DNA of 64,000 nucleotides, taken from a virus. Lineage: Duplodnaviria; Heunggongvirae; Uroviricota; Caudoviricetes. The notes under the pieces were generated by a model. That model ran no database searches. It was not told the DNA's origin and worked only from the letters and a program-made list of their open reading frames with translations. Positions 47,722 to 58,300 of this stretch are shown here, in pieces. The stretch lies in the IMG/VR virus record IMGVR_UViG_3300031867_000016, positions 27,293 through 91,292 of that record; one strand, given 5' to 3'. Positions within the stretch are counted from its first letter, which is position 1. Each line of letters starts with the position of its first letter. A program made the translations under genes and the position numbers.

Positions 47722-50105
47722 CCACCACCTTTTATATAATTTGCGCTTGTGCTGAAAAGGTTTGCCAGATCTGTCTGTTCAACCCATGCACCATTCACTT
47801 TTTTGTATACAGCAGTACAAGCCTGCCACGAACCTCCGACTTTGAGGAACAGCTGATCACTCGGATCTCCAGCACTGGCAAACGCATAAACAGTATGTGC
47901 AGATGTGATGTTTTCAATTGTATAAACATAGTTTACTATCTGGTTTCCCTGTTTATCTGTTCCTTCTACAAGCTGCAGTGAGCTTGTTTTATCTGTACTG
48001 TTATCTGTCAGAGTAACAGTTGCGTTCACATCATCTGGAATAATTGTTACACTGTAGTTCTGTCCCGGCAGCTTAACAACTTGACCGTCTGGATAAATCT
48101 TGCCGCCGCTGATCGATGATGTCACAAAATAGTACTCAACATCGCCAAAGATAAAGATCAGACTGTGCTTCTGATTGATATTGGAGAGTGTATATGTGTA
48201 GTCTCCGCCAGCGGACGTTGCTTCTATAGATGCAACCTTCCACTGTAGACTGTCATTGTTACCGTTAGATGCGTCATCTTTGCCGTACTTGATATCAATG
48301 AAGTGTTCGCCAGCCGGCACATTGTAGCTTATCGTCTGAGCACTGGAACTGTTGGATGCCATGGCAAGTTCGTAATTGCTTGTGCTGTCGGATGGAGCAG
48401 AACGATTTTGGCCTGCTGTAAGTCCGTCTGTTGCAACTTCCACATCAAGCTTGCCAAACAAACCGTAGTCGTAGCTTGCTTCTGCATAGTTGATATACTG
48501 TATTGTAACAATACAGCTGCTTTCAAAGTTCATATTCAGTCTTGCAACAGAAGCTGTTTTGCTTACGCCATTATTCGATGACACGTAATAACCAGTCGAA
48601 GAGTTTAGATTAAAACCGTAGCTGGCTCCATCGACTTTTGTTGTCACGGTATAGGTATTAGTCGGTGTACCACCTACAAGCTGGCTTGTAATATCAACAC
48701 CATTGTCAAGAGCAAGTGTAAGCTGCGGATCAGTAGGGGAGATCGTAATTGTTTTGTTTGTTCCTTCCTGAACACGCGTTGTTCCATTCTTTGGATCAGT
48801 CGTAGCGTTTATGCTTGACACAGTAACCGAATAATAATTATATGTCGGATCTTCGTCTGGCGGCACGAATGCGCCAGCCTGCTCAACTGTAACAGCATGG
48901 TCGGTAGAAACATTATTCAACGTATAAAGCCAGTAATAATTGCTGCCATGGTTTGGAATAGTATAAGTTACTGTCCACGTAATACCTGTAACAAGACCGC
49001 CGTAATAGCCAATTGTAAAACCAATACATGGATCATCCTTTAATTCTTCGACCGTCCATGTACCTGGAGATATTGTCAGTATGCTGCTCGAACTTGAAGT
49101 AAAAGATTTCTCAGATCCTTTTGATACTGTGCCTGAATATGTATTGACTTTTGCGACCTCGCTTGACTGTGACGCATTTTCAAGATGACCGAGTACCTTA
49201 ACTGTCATACTGCTGATGACGGCATCATCAGGTATTTCACTGAAGTTAAAGTGATAAAAGATCGTTGCAGTTGAACCGCTTGAACCGCAATAGTCATTGC
49301 CTGTCTGAGATGAAGGGTTGTCAACAGTACATCCAACAGTACTTCTGTATCTCGTACCACTGACTGAACCAGATACGGTATATGATTCAGCTGCTTTTGA
49401 CAGCGTTCCGCCGCTTGGTATTTCATGTCTTGTAAGTTCACTCGTAACATCAGCATCATTGTCTTTGACAACGACATCATCTAATGTATTTGTGTAGACT
49501 TTTACCGATACGTTTTCGCCTTCCATCGGTTCCTGTGCAATCGGCTCCACTGTTACACCATCGACTTCCGATGTTGCAGTTACTGTGTACTGCATACCCT
49601 GAATTGCATAGGTTATTGAAAGAGTTGCGCCGTAGAAATACATATAAGCGGCACGAGATGTGTTGCTCGTGCCGCGATGCGCAGTGTATCGAATCTGAAT
49701 ATCATCAATTTCAGAACGAGTCCAGGAACCTGGAGTCAGCGTATAAGAAGACGCACTCGTTGTTCTTGCACTTGTTGCACTGCCTTTGGCTGTAGAGTCA
49801 GAATATAGCTGAACATTCGCGCTTGATATGTACGACGTTGAACTGACTCGTACTTTTGCAGTACATGCAACAGCAGTTATTGTTGCGTTATGTGGAATCT
49901 CAGATGTATCGAATGTATATGAGATATACGACGTTGCATTCGAACCAGTATTACAGGCAATATATGCAAACGAAGTAGAAGAAGCATCAGTATAACCGTT
50001 TGATATAGGATAGCTGCTGTTTACCGAAGAGTAAGAGGAGTTAACAGAACTGTACCCGGAAGGAACCAGTCTGAGAGTATCCGATACATTAATTTCCTGA
50101 GCCAT
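47718..50105 (-). CDS. large β-rich structural protein (tail fibre/receptor-binding candidate)
   Basis: 795 aa, Ser/Thr/Gly/Tyr-rich, with no catalytic motif recognised. Confidence 0.5.
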   Translation of the reverse strand: MAQEINVSDTLRLVPSGYSSVNSSYSSVNSSYPISNGYTDASSTSFAYIACNTGSNATSYISYTFDTSEIPHNATITAVACTAKVRVSSTSYISSANVQLYSDSTAKGSATSARTTSASSYTLTPGSWTRSEIDDIQIRYTAHRGTSNTSRAAYMYFYGATLSITYAIQGMQYTVTATSEVDGVTVEPIAQEPMEGENVSVKVYTNTLDDVVVKDNDADVTSELTRHEIPSGGTLSKAAESYTVSGSVSGTRYRSTVGCTVDNPSSQTGNDYCGSSGSTATIFYHFNFSEIPDDAVISSMTVKVLGHLENASQSSEVAKVNTYSGTVSKGSEKSFTSSSSSILTISPGTWTVEELKDDPCIGFTIGYYGGLVTGITWTVTYTIPNHGSNYYWLYTLNNVSTDHAVTVEQAGAFVPPDEDPTYNYYSVTVSSINATTDPKNGTTRVQEGTNKTITISPTDPQLTLALDNGVDITSQLVGGTPTNTYTVTTKVDGASYGFNLNSSTGYYVSSNNGVSKTASVARLNMNFESSCIVTIQYINYAEASYDYGLFGKLDVEVATDGLTAGQNRSAPSDSTSNYELAMASNSSSAQTISYNVPAGEHFIDIKYGKDDASNGNNDSLQWKVASIEATSAGGDYTYTLSNINQKHSLIFIFGDVEYYFVTSSISGGKIYPDGQVVKLPGQNYSVTIIPDDVNATVTLTDNSTDKTSSLQLVEGTDKQGNQIVNYVYTIENITSAHTVYAFASAGDPSDQLFLKVGGSWQACTAVYKKVNGAWVEQTDLANLFSTSANYIKGGG

Positions 50106-50117
50106 CTGTTATCCCCC

Positions 50118-51203
50118 TTATCTGATCTGTAAATAGATGTCTCCGTTATTTCCAAGCGTGCTTGCCGGCACGGAAGAACCTGTATAATACTTCTGTACAA
50201 CGAGAGAACCTGTTACTTTTGAACCGTTCACATAGGCTGTCTTACCGCTGACCACATCAGCGGCAGCAGCCGTAGCATCGCTTGTGTAAGTGCCGGTCAC
50301 ATTAAAGATGTTGACACCTTTCTTAATGTTTGCAGCAGTCAGATCTGCATCACCGGCAATTGTCTGTGCTCCAGTAAGATATGTCCCGGCTGCAATTGTC
50401 TGGTTGCTTGTGCCAGGCGTAATCGTAGCCGCAGCCTTTGTTGTCACTGACGCTGTCAGAGAAACATTACTGTTGCCGGCTGTGCCTGCACTGATATAAC
50501 CAGCAGTCGAAACATTCGGTGTAACTGAAATACTCTTTGTCAAGGTAAGCGTATTTGTTCCAGTGGTAACAGAAGCAGACGTTCCAGAGATGGATGACGG
50601 AGCTGTCACTTTTCCATTGGGAGTCGCGCTTATTGTGTAATGTGCTTTTGTAGAATTGTACCCTGTCGGGATATTGATATATTGAGCAGATGTACTTCTG
50701 CTAATAGTTGCTTTCGAAGTGGAACCAGAAGCAGCACTGGTTGCTGCTGCCGTTGGCAAAGTCATTGAAGACATTGCATTAATCTGTACAGAACTCAGGC
50801 CGTCATAACCACTGTCTGGTCTGATCGTCTGAGAAGAAGTCGAAGGTGAAATTCCAGTCTTTGCCTGAAGCTTTGGAGTACTTGATGTGTTTACGTTGAC
50901 TGTCACAGAACTGTAACCATCATATCCATCGCTTGACGCATTGTAAGTTCCATTTGCTGTGACAGTTTTTGCTCCAAGCACTGCGCTGCTTCCGCCACTG
51001 CCACCACCAGATTCACCTGTTGTTATCGTCATATAAGTAGAGTTGTCGACAACTTCAACTGGATCTGGCAGATTGGCTGAGGGGTCTGCCCATGCCCCAT
51101 CTGCTCTTAAAAAAGTGCTTGTATTATTTGTTAATGCAGGAATGCGATCATCTTTCAAATTGTATGTCGTATTATTTACATGGATCTTTTTAATATCAGC
51201 CAT
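50118..51203 (-). CDS. tail-fibre cassette protein with shared N-terminal module (MADIKKIHVNNTTYNLKDDRIPALTN…FLR.DG.W)
   Basis: 361 aa. The N-terminal ~45 aa are shared with 51344..51544, 51556..51744 and 51744..52907. Confidence 0.55.
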   Translation of the reverse strand: MADIKKIHVNNTTYNLKDDRIPALTNNTSTFLRADGAWADPSANLPDPVEVVDNSTYMTITTGESGGGSGGSSAVLGAKTVTANGTYNASSDGYDGYSSVTVNVNTSSTPKLQAKTGISPSTSSQTIRPDSGYDGLSSVQINAMSSMTLPTAAATSAASGSTSKATISRSTSAQYINIPTGYNSTKAHYTISATPNGKVTAPSSISGTSASVTTGTNTLTLTKSISVTPNVSTAGYISAGTAGNSNVSLTASVTTKAAATITPGTSNQTIAAGTYLTGAQTIAGDADLTAANIKKGVNIFNVTGTYTSDATAAAADVVSGKTAYVNGSKVTGSLVVQKYYTGSSVPASTLGNNGDIYLQIR

Positions 51204-51343
51204 ATGATCACACCTTATTTAGGAATAATAACAAGCAGATGATCATAGTCATTTCCAGATGTAATAGCCATCATCAACCACCACCTTTGTATAATGTTAT
51301 ATTTGCCGGCTCAACCATAAGCTGCTGCGTCATAACCGCAACC

Positions 51344-51544
51344 TCAACTTGGTTTGTTTATTGTTATTGTCAAGTATGTAGAATTATCCACAACTTCAAC
51401 AGGAGAGGGTTGTCCTTCCATTGGATTTGCCCATGTGCCATCATCTCTGAGGAAGGTATTTCCTTCATTCGTCAGAGCCGGAATGCGATCATCTTTTAAA
51501 TTGTATGTTATATCATTTACTTGAATCTTTTTTATATCAGCCAT
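51344..51544 (-). CDS. truncated duplicate of the 50118..51203 fibre gene (N-terminal module plus ~20 aa, then stop)
   Basis: 66 aa, near-identical to the N-terminus of the 50118..51203 protein through VEVVDNSTY. It is flanked by ~55-nt direct repeats. Confidence 0.4.
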   Translation of the reverse strand: MADIKKIQVNDITYNLKDDRIPALTNEGNTFLRDDGTWANPMEGQPSPVEVVDNSTYLTITINKPS

Positions 51545-51555
51545 ATGATCACACC

Positions 51556-51744
51556 TTATCCAGGCATAATAACAAGCAAATGATCATCGTTGTCGACAAA
51601 TTGAACGCCTTCGTCAAAAGTGGGGACAGACCATTGTCCGTCCCCACGTAAAAACGCAGTTGTTGAGTTCGTCATGTTCGGAACTCTGTAGTCTTTGATG
51701 TCATAAGTTGTATTATTTACCTTAATATGAGAGATATCTGCCAT
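51556..51744 (-). CDS. stand-alone copy of the fibre N-terminal module (62 aa)
   Basis: MADISHIKVNNTTYDIKDYRVPNMTN…FLRGDGQWS… The C-terminal DDHLLVIMPG* is repeated as a remnant peptide at ~51240-51300. Confidence 0.4.
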   Translation of the reverse strand: MADISHIKVNNTTYDIKDYRVPNMTNSTTAFLRGDGQWSVPTFDEGVQFVDNDDHLLVIMPG

Positions 51745-52907
51745 TAGGATACAGTAATGGTGGCAGAAGTACCGGTAAATGTTGGCTGAGAAACAGTACC
51801 GGCTGGAGTGCCAGACACGCTGACGTTAACTTCGTCACCAGTAAATTCAGGCTGAGATACATTGCCGACAGGAGTGAACTTGCCGGTAGAATTGAGAGCA
51901 GTACCAGCAAACTTGAGGTTGACTCCAGTACCAGAGAAGGTGGGCTGAGAAACAGTACCAGCTGGGGTACCAGAGACGCTCACATTGCCCTCGCTGCCAT
52001 TGAATTCAAGATCAACACCTGTGCCAGTAAAGCTTGGCTGACTGGAAGTTGCGCTCTTAATGCCGGTAGTAATAACCTGGCTTGCGAATGTAGGCATGGT
52101 AACCTTCGTAGGAACGTTCGCTGTGAAAGCTCCTTCGTCCCATGTGATGGTCAGTACTTCGTTTTCAACTGTCGTATGCAGTTCAGGAAGTGTGCATGCT
52201 GCAGGCGTACCGGCTGTAGCAGAACCACCACCAGTCGTAGAAGCTGCGACATACTTGGTAGCAGTGTTTGGTGTAACGGTGATCGTAGGAACGCTAACTG
52301 TTCCAGCAGGAGTATAATTCTTGGTGCCAGATCCAACAGTGATGCCGCCAGCAGGAGTGAAGCTGCCCGTGGAAGTCAGAGCTGTACCGCTGAACGTGGG
52401 CTGAGAGATCGTGCCAGCAGGAGTATAGTTGGCAGTGCCTGTGCCAACAGAGATCGTACCGGCAGGAGTACCAGAAACATTCACATTGCCTTCAGTACCT
52501 GTAAAGGTTGGCTTGGAAACAGTACCAGTTGCTGTCACCGCGCCAGTGGAAGTCATTGCTTTGCCGGTGAACGTAGGCTGAGAAACAGTACCAGCAGGCT
52601 TATAAGAAGCAGAAGCGGTGTCCTTGTAGGCAAGTGCACCAAGAGTTGTGGTGTCACCGATCTCATGCCACTTATTGTCAGTCGTGGAATAAATGAATTC
52701 CTTGTTACCGTTGATGACGATACCGCCATTGACAGCATTCTTTTCTGTTCCGCTGATGGTAACCTTGCCAGTCGTTGCGCCATCGCTAAGCGTTGTAGAA
52801 GTCACGCCAAGGAATGTAGTACCGCCAGCAATAAGTTCTCGTGCTACCGCGTCCTTAATGTCATATGTAGTACCAGAGGGTAATGTAATTTTGCTAATTT
52901 CTGCCAT
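51744..52907 (-). CDS. tail-fibre cassette protein with the shared N-terminal module and internal ~20-aa tandem repeats (GTPAGTVSQPTF(T/S)GT…)
   Basis: 387 aa, Thr/Gly/Ser-rich with a periodic PTFTG motif. Confidence 0.55.
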   Translation of the reverse strand: MAEISKITLPSGTTYDIKDAVARELIAGGTTFLGVTSTTLSDGATTGKVTISGTEKNAVNGGIVINGNKEFIYSTTDNKWHEIGDTTTLGALAYKDTASASYKPAGTVSQPTFTGKAMTSTGAVTATGTVSKPTFTGTEGNVNVSGTPAGTISVGTGTANYTPAGTISQPTFSGTALTSTGSFTPAGGITVGSGTKNYTPAGTVSVPTITVTPNTATKYVAASTTGGGSATAGTPAACTLPELHTTVENEVLTITWDEGAFTANVPTKVTMPTFASQVITTGIKSATSSQPSFTGTGVDLEFNGSEGNVSVSGTPAGTVSQPTFSGTGVNLKFAGTALNSTGKFTPVGNVSQPEFTGDEVNVSVSGTPAGTVSQPTFTGTSATITVS

Positions 52908-52924
52908 AATGAATCATCCCTTTT

Positions 52925-53296
52925 TTAATTTCGTGTAAATATAAGCTCTTCTCCGTTCGTATCGTAGTTGAGCTTTGCATTCCAAAATAAGCGATCAGCA
53001 CTTGAGACATGGACTTCTTTGTTGTTGATGTGATCATCCAGTCTTGCAGCCAGTGCTTGAACCTCGCTGTCTCTAATGAACGGGAGGTCCACGATAGGGA
53101 CGCTCCCGTCTCCAATTTTTAATGTGCTGGTGTCGGTGTACAAGCAGAATTCGCCCTTCTTCGGTACGTATCCTGGTTTGTCTGCCCAGCCGCTTGATGT
53201 ATTTTCAGATACGATGTCCGCCTTTTCCGAGAGCAATGCTTTTATCTTGCTCCATGTGTAAAGCAGGCCATCGGAATCAAGAAATCTAGCACTCAT
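52925..53296 (-). CDS. FLDSDGLLY-family fibre/adaptor protein, member 1
   Basis: 123 aa. The N-terminus (MSARFLDSDGLLYTWSKIKALLSEK) is shared with 53330..53896. Confidence 0.5.
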   Translation of the reverse strand: MSARFLDSDGLLYTWSKIKALLSEKADIVSENTSSGWADKPGYVPKKGEFCLYTDTSTLKIGDGSVPIVDLPFIRDSEVQALAARLDDHINNKEVHVSSADRLFWNAKLNYDTNGEELIFTRN

Positions 53297-53329
53297 GATA
53301 ACATCGCCTCGAAAAATAGTTTGGTTTTA

Positions 53330-53896
53330 TCAGGTGGCAAATATTGCATCGATCTCAGTATTCGTCATCGTTTCAACTGCAAACGAACCGCCGAGTGCAT
53401 CCCAGGCCGTACCGGTCCATGCATAGTTCATGCCGTCAGCTTCAACGTTATACACGTCACCGTTTTCGGCATTGGAAGGAAGCAGAGTCATATTAGCAAC
53501 GCTTCCCTTGTACACATATGCATTAACAACATCAGACTTCAGCACGTAATTGGATGCAGAAGAGAATGCATCAAGCTTTGCTTTATCAGTAGAACTCATA
53601 AGACCAGAATCGGAACTGGTAGCATCTTCATAAACAGGAACTCTAGCACTGAGTGTTCCGTCATTTGTGATAGAAAGGTTATCACCGACAATGATACCGC
53701 CAAGACTGCTGGAACTTGCAGGCACAAGCGTAAAGTCACCCTCACTGAGGTTGGCAAGCTTCTGCTTTTCAGCATCGGTGAAGTCGTTCGTAGAAAGCTG
53801 CTTACCTTCTACTGCGTCTACTTTCTTCGAAAGAGCCGTCTTAATTTTGTTCCACACATAGAGTAAACCATCTGAGTCAAGAAATTTTTTGCTCAT
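53330..53896 (-). CDS. FLDSDGLLY-family fibre/adaptor protein, member 2
   Basis: 188 aa; N-terminus MSKKFLDSDGLLYVWNKIKTALSKK. Confidence 0.5.
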   Translation of the reverse strand: MSKKFLDSDGLLYVWNKIKTALSKKVDAVEGKQLSTNDFTDAEKQKLANLSEGDFTLVPASSSSLGGIIVGDNLSITNDGTLSARVPVYEDATSSDSGLMSSTDKAKLDAFSSASNYVLKSDVVNAYVYKGSVANMTLLPSNAENGDVYNVEADGMNYAWTGTAWDALGGSFAVETMTNTEIDAIFAT

Positions 53897-54186
53897 GTTA
53901 ACATCTCCTCAAGTTCAAAATTGGTTAATGTGGGAAGTCCTGCTGGATCGCAGGAGCAGGAACCAGAAGAAGATGAAGATGAGTTCGCTTTTACTTCCTG
54001 CCAAACACAGTCTGTGTCCAGCACGTAGATCTTGCTTCTGTCCGCAGTATATGCAACAGAACCGCAAGAGTAATCTGAAACATCAAGCGAGTTTACATCC
54101 TCATTTTCTCCAAGCATAATTTCATACTGTCCGCTTGTAACAGGTCTTCCGTTTATTTTTATGACTTTCATAGGTATCACCACCAT
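53893..54186 (-). CDS. hypothetical protein
   Basis: 97-aa ORF. ATGA overlap with the downstream gene. Confidence 0.4.
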   Translation of the reverse strand: MVVIPMKVIKINGRPVTSGQYEIMLGENEDVNSLDVSDYSCGSVAYTADRSKIYVLDTDCVWQEVKANSSSSSSGSCSCDPAGLPTLTNFELEEMLT

Positions 54187-54662
54187 AATTTATAACGAGG
54201 CTCTTCTTCGTCAAACAGCCGCCATCTGAGCCAGTCGTCTAAATAGATAGCCGCCATAGATAAAGGCATCCATAGCAGTATAAACTGCGGACAGATTTGC
54301 CCTAATATGTTCATCGGTAAATGGGAGTAATCCCAGACATTGAGTCCAAGCCAGATGTTCAGTACGCATCCAGATATAAACTCAACCATGGTTATTATCG
54401 TCGTACCGATAAGTATCTGCAGCCAGACAGGCATATCCCAGTCGATATATTCATTAATGCCTCCGACTGCAAGGAATGCCGCACCGCCGACGAGCACCAT
54501 GAGAGGGCTCGCCGGCTTGTGCGAAACAAATAGTTTAAACAATAACTCACATAACATGTATGCAGAACCGCCAAATAAAAACAGTAGAATGTTTTTACGC
54601 ACTCTGCTGCTCCAGATAATACAGTACATCAGACTGATATTCTGCCGGTATTTCGTCACCAT
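54177..54662 (-). CDS. polytopic membrane protein (≈4 TM) inside the fibre block
   Basis: 161-aa ORF. The 5' end overlaps the upstream gene by ~70 nt, so the true start is probably an internal ATG. Confidence 0.4.
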   Translation of the reverse strand: MVTKYRQNISLMYCIIWSSRVRKNILLFLFGGSAYMLCELLFKLFVSHKPASPLMVLVGGAAFLAVGGINEYIDWDMPVWLQILIGTTIITMVEFISGCVLNIWLGLNVWDYSHLPMNILGQICPQFILLWMPLSMAAIYLDDWLRWRLFDEEEPRYKLWW

Positions 54663-55347
54663 AATTGACTGCCAGCAGTTCGGCTTTGGTCTGCATTGAT
54701 TTAATCCAGTTCTTTAAGCTGTTAAAGTAAGTCGTGTTATAGGTCTTATAGGCTGCAGCAGCCTGTAAAATAGTATTAATGTCACTGACCGAATAGTATG
54801 TGCAAAGTTCTCCGTCTGCGTGATAGGGGACAACTCCATCAGACTGGAAGTTCTGCAGAGAAATAAGATTGATCTGATCTTCAAGAGTCAAAGCGAAATG
54901 TTTCGTGCTGCCATCAGACAGCTTTACATCTACGCCTGATTCAATTGCTTTGTTACATGCCTTTGACATAGCTGATATAACAAACGTCCTGATCTCTTCG
55001 AGTTCATGATCATCTTCGATGACTTCTTCGACAGGTTCCTCATGAACAATGGCATTTTCAGCATCTACTGTACCGCCGAGATCCATGATCTTTCGAATCT
55101 CTTCTGCTTCTTCATCCTCAATCTTCGATACGATAACATCTTTATCGTATCTGTCTGCATCTTTTTTACCATTAATATGATATGTAAGAGTATCATCTGA
55201 AGACAGAATTCCAGTCGCCATGTTTGCACCGCATGAAACAATAAGATCGTTGTAAACATAAAGCCAGATCGGCTTGTCTATAAGATCAATGACAGTATTA
55301 TTTTCTACAATTTTGTACTTCATAATACGTCTTTCCTTTTTCGCCAA
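54595..55347 (-). CDS. hypothetical acidic protein
   Basis: 250-aa ORF. The true start is probably MKYKIVENN…. Confidence 0.45.
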   Translation of the reverse strand: MAKKERRIMKYKIVENNTVIDLIDKPIWLYVYNDLIVSCGANMATGILSSDDTLTYHINGKKDADRYDKDVIVSKIEDEEAEEIRKIMDLGGTVDAENAIVHEEPVEEVIEDDHELEEIRTFVISAMSKACNKAIESGVDVKLSDGSTKHFALTLEDQINLISLQNFQSDGVVPYHADGELCTYYSVSDINTILQAAAAYKTYNTTYFNSLKNWIKSMQTKAELLAVNYGDEIPAEYQSDVLYYLEQQSA

Positions 55348-55371
55348 GGCGGCTTTTACTGCCGCCTTGGC
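55343..55371. terminator. 11-bp GC-rich hairpin downstream of the giant fibre gene (putative terminator/RNA-stabilising stem)
   Basis: gccaaggcggc-ttttact-gccgccttggc. A T-run is present on the + strand only. Confidence 0.4.
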
Positions 55372-55377
55372 TTAATA

Positions 55378-58300
55378 TTAAATTGCAAAACCGAAACAGA
55401 AACCATTTGTTGTATTGTTTGCATGTGATGACCAGTTATTTCCTGCGTAACCATAATAATACACTTCAAGGAAGTCCGTAGATCTTCTGTCATCATTATT
55501 ATTTGATGTATTAATGTAAGTGCTTGGAGTTCTAAGCCACCAATATGCATTAGAGCTGTCACCAAGTTTTGTTTTTGTTCTCGAAGTATTGCCATTGAAA
55601 TAACTGATTCGTCCCTGACATTCCTGATTTGTCCAACTCATAGTTTCTGTAGAGCTTACCGATACAATTTCAGCATAAGAAGGTATGAACACATAGTCGG
55701 AACTTTCATAAACTGTATTTGTATTTCCAGAACCAGGACAGCTTTTTATCTGCACCTGTGACATAATGGCACGCCATGCTGGATCAAAGCAATAATAAAT
55801 TCTTTCATTTAGATACCGTCTCATTAACGTGTCTCTCCAGCCGCCAACGTTTGTGCTTGCTGCGTTCATCACGCAGCTGCTAGAGAACAGTTCTTTGGAA
55901 TACAAGTTAAGCCCGGCGTAATTAGTAGAGCCAGTCTTCTGATACATACGGAAATTAGTATTCGAATTACTGTCAACGAGGCCACTGGCAATGAATGTAT
56001 ATACTTCGTGAGGCCAGCATGCAAGCTTTTTGCAAGCTGTATCACCAAGATCGCCTTCCCAGTATTTCATTTTATACACTTTGCCAGCCGCGAGGTTGCC
56101 TTCATGACCATCTGAAACATAATATCTACAGCCAACAGCAAGCTCTGAGTTATTAATGATTGCAGCATCTCTCGATATACTGCCAGTTCGAATATCAAAA
56201 CTGCCGTTGGTCGTTATATCTCTTGTATCTGCAGAATAAATATATAAAGTTGGATCTCCAAGTATATGTCTTATTACTACAATATCTCTTCCTGTAAGGT
56301 TATTATTATTGGATTTCAGATTGAAAGAATCTCCACCAAATTCTATGCGTGGACCATTTATTGTCTGTACAAGGGCAAATCCGTCTGACTCGTTTGTACA
56401 AGACACAAGAGTTGCCTTGCCTGATGTATCAGTCTGATCGAAATTGTAATCGATCATAAGTGTAAACGGCTTGTCTTTATCAAACAGATTGATATCTGTT
56501 TTGATAATATTGGTAGTGTCATTGCCGTTAAACGTAACCGTATCAGCAACAATTTCATGACTTGTAACGTTTGCATAATCAAGATCGCAGCCCATAGATA
56601 TCTGTGTTGTGTCTCCGCTCTTTATCATTTCGTAATAAGCAGCAGAAGTTCTATCGGAGTTTCGACCACCGTTACTTGCAAGTATCCCGGCTTTACCCAT
56701 TGCATAGATCTGCATAGGAGTCATGTCGGCAAACGGAGTACCGCTGGCTGGAACCTTTCCTTCGTACCATGTCGGATACACGTCAATATTTTCTACAACA
56801 CTGCCGGTACTCTTATCCCAGTCTTTAAACAGGCGATATGTGCCAGTGGAATCTCCAGTAGTATTCGTAGGAATTTCTTTTTCATATATGGCTTCTTCGC
56901 CATAATCGTATTCGCCTTCCTGGAGAAGCGTAGTTCCGTTGAACCATCTTACTTTATACTTCTTTGCCTTTTGGCTATACACAGCTTTATACGATTCATT
57001 TTCGTTGCCTACGGCTGTTATCGGTCTATCCCAGCCTACAAATGTATATTCTGCTACGTTTGTTTCTGGTCTTGTCGGCGTATCAATAAGCTTATCTTTG
57101 ACAGGATCAAGAGGAGTATCTCCCTGGCTCAACGACTGTTCATTCAGCGTGCTGTCATCCCAGTCGAGGAACGTAACAAGACGTTCTTCTTCTGGTTCGT
57201 TACGATAATTAATAACAAGTTCGTCGCCATATGCTTCATGAAGCTTTGAGAGGAGAGTAGAACCAATACTGTCAACAGCGATTGTGCCAGTAATAATTGG
57301 ATAAGCAGTAGAACCCTGAGGCTTGTTGCCATTCTCGTCAACATATTTGCCTTTGAGTGTCAGCAGTTTCTTAAGGAAAGCTGTATCAGAACCAAGATCG
57401 GCATTAACACCAGTCAATCTGATATTTTCAAGCTGATCAATAAGCTGAGTACCATTTTCTTCGTCCACTACTGTTGTGAGAAGTCCGATGCTGTCAATGA
57501 TCGGAGTATTCTCTACGATAAATGTTTTTACGTTGTTGAGCGAAGCATATTTAAAGGTCTTGAGCTTCGTCATATTTTTAAAGACGATAGAGGACGGCGA
57601 AGTAATATCAAGTGTTTCAAGAATGCAGCCATCAGCAAAGTTGAAACCTGATATCTTTGGTGTGTTAGAAGCATACACTTCTTTGAGATATGGATTCTTA
57701 GTGAAGTCGATAACACCCTGAAGATTCACACATCCAGAAATATTAATCTTTTCAAGGAGAATGTTGTTCGTAACATTAACAGCTTCAAGAGATTCGTTCA
57801 TATATCCTTCTTCAGAAGAACCGATTGTAATAGTTTTCAGTCTTGTAGCTGCAGATATATCAAGGTTCCACGGATAGAACTTAGAGATATCACCAAGTTC
57901 AACAATATCAGACGCACCATGAATACTGACTGTATCAGAAGTACCAAGACCCTTATTATATCTGATGGTTGTTTTCTCGTTGGCATCGAGAATGTCGGAG
58001 CTTACAGTAACCTTTGAGTCGCCATAGCTTACAGACATACGCATTTTCTGCACGGGTCTTAATTCGATTGCAGTGTTCTTCATCGAAATATCTTTGCCAG
58101 GTCTGAAGAAGATATAGCTGTTTAAGAACTGATCGCAAAGATATTTGCTGTACAAAAGATGTGAACGCTTATACATAAACGATTCCTTCTGTTCAGTTCT
58201 TGAACCTCTCTGAAGATATTTATATTTTGATGTATAAACATAAGGCTTCTTTTCATCTGAGTAATCAATATATCCTTTTGTTATAGGATCTTCATACTTG

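Noticed and set aside
56557-57249. 230-aa + strand ORF inside the giant fibre gene, plus other + strand ORFs across 45-62 kb
   Set aside because: They are antisense to long, well-supported minus-strand structural genes and have Cys/Phe/Ile-rich nonsense-like composition typical of frame shadows in AT-rich DNA.
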